Part shown: positions 46,496 through 46,624 of the stretch, in pieces
Position numbering within the stretch: the first letter of the stretch is position 1
Layout: every line of letters begins with the position of its first letter
Source of the DNA: Candidatus Portnoybacteria bacterium
Lineage (GTDB): Bacteria; Patescibacteriota; Minisyncoccia; Portnoybacterales; GWB1-42-6
Reading direction: 5' to 3'
DNA length: 46,624 nucleotides
NCBI GenBank assembly: GCA_016208745.1
Contig: JACQXN010000005.1
Location: 1 to 46,624 of the forward strand
Notes under the pieces: model-generated
What the model saw: the letters and a program-made list of their open reading frames with translations, nothing else
The model's database searches: none
What the model was told of the DNA's origin: nothing
Position numbers and translations under genes: made by a program

Positions 46496-46624
46496 AAACC
46501 GCCGGCTTTAGCCGGCGTGTGCGTTTAAAGCGTAGCTCGCGGATATATAATAAAATCACCGCCCAAGGAAGGAGGTGATTTTATGTTTTCCAATCGAAGA
46601 TTATATCAATTGGACCACTGCACA
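46496..46624 (+). mobile_element. Possible left end of an IS200/IS605-family element and start of tnpA (ATG 46583)
   Basis: Hairpin cgccggc-ttta-gccggcg, TATAAT, AAGGAGGTG SD, MFSNRRLYQLDHCT resembling the TnpA N-terminus; cut by window edge. Confidence 0.45.

Overview
Chromosomal segment of a Patescibacteria (CPR, Parcubacteria-like) bacterium using genetic code 11. The taxonomy is inferred from gene content: short EF-Ts, RF1 lacking its N-terminal domain, and CPR-type hypothetical proteins. It holds translation and RNA housekeeping genes (rpmG, tsf, rpsB, rpmE, prfA, rplY, trmD, khpA, rpsP, rnc, nusB, rpmF, rnhB, dnaE, thrS, miaB, miaA), a pentose-phosphate/aldolase cluster (rpiB-rpe-tkt-pfkB-hyp-fba), four tRNAs and a variable region beside tRNA-Trp. 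Main points: (1) a small ArfA-like basic ORF whose reading frame runs through an intrinsic terminator with no stop codon, the non-stop design of alternative ribosome-rescue factors; (2) a 197-nt group I intron in tRNA-Thr(GGU); (3) an ultrashort-stem-I T-box riboswitch with a Thr specifier upstream of thrS; (4) many small palindromic elements, several inserted in frame in trmD, miaA, miaB, rnhB and thrS, plus five co-oriented covarying ~150-180-nt hairpins and nuclease mini-elements (GIY-YIG, GxxExxY) bounded by inverted repeats; (5) a probable chimeric junction at ~835. All calls come from reading the sequence by eye; no searches were run.
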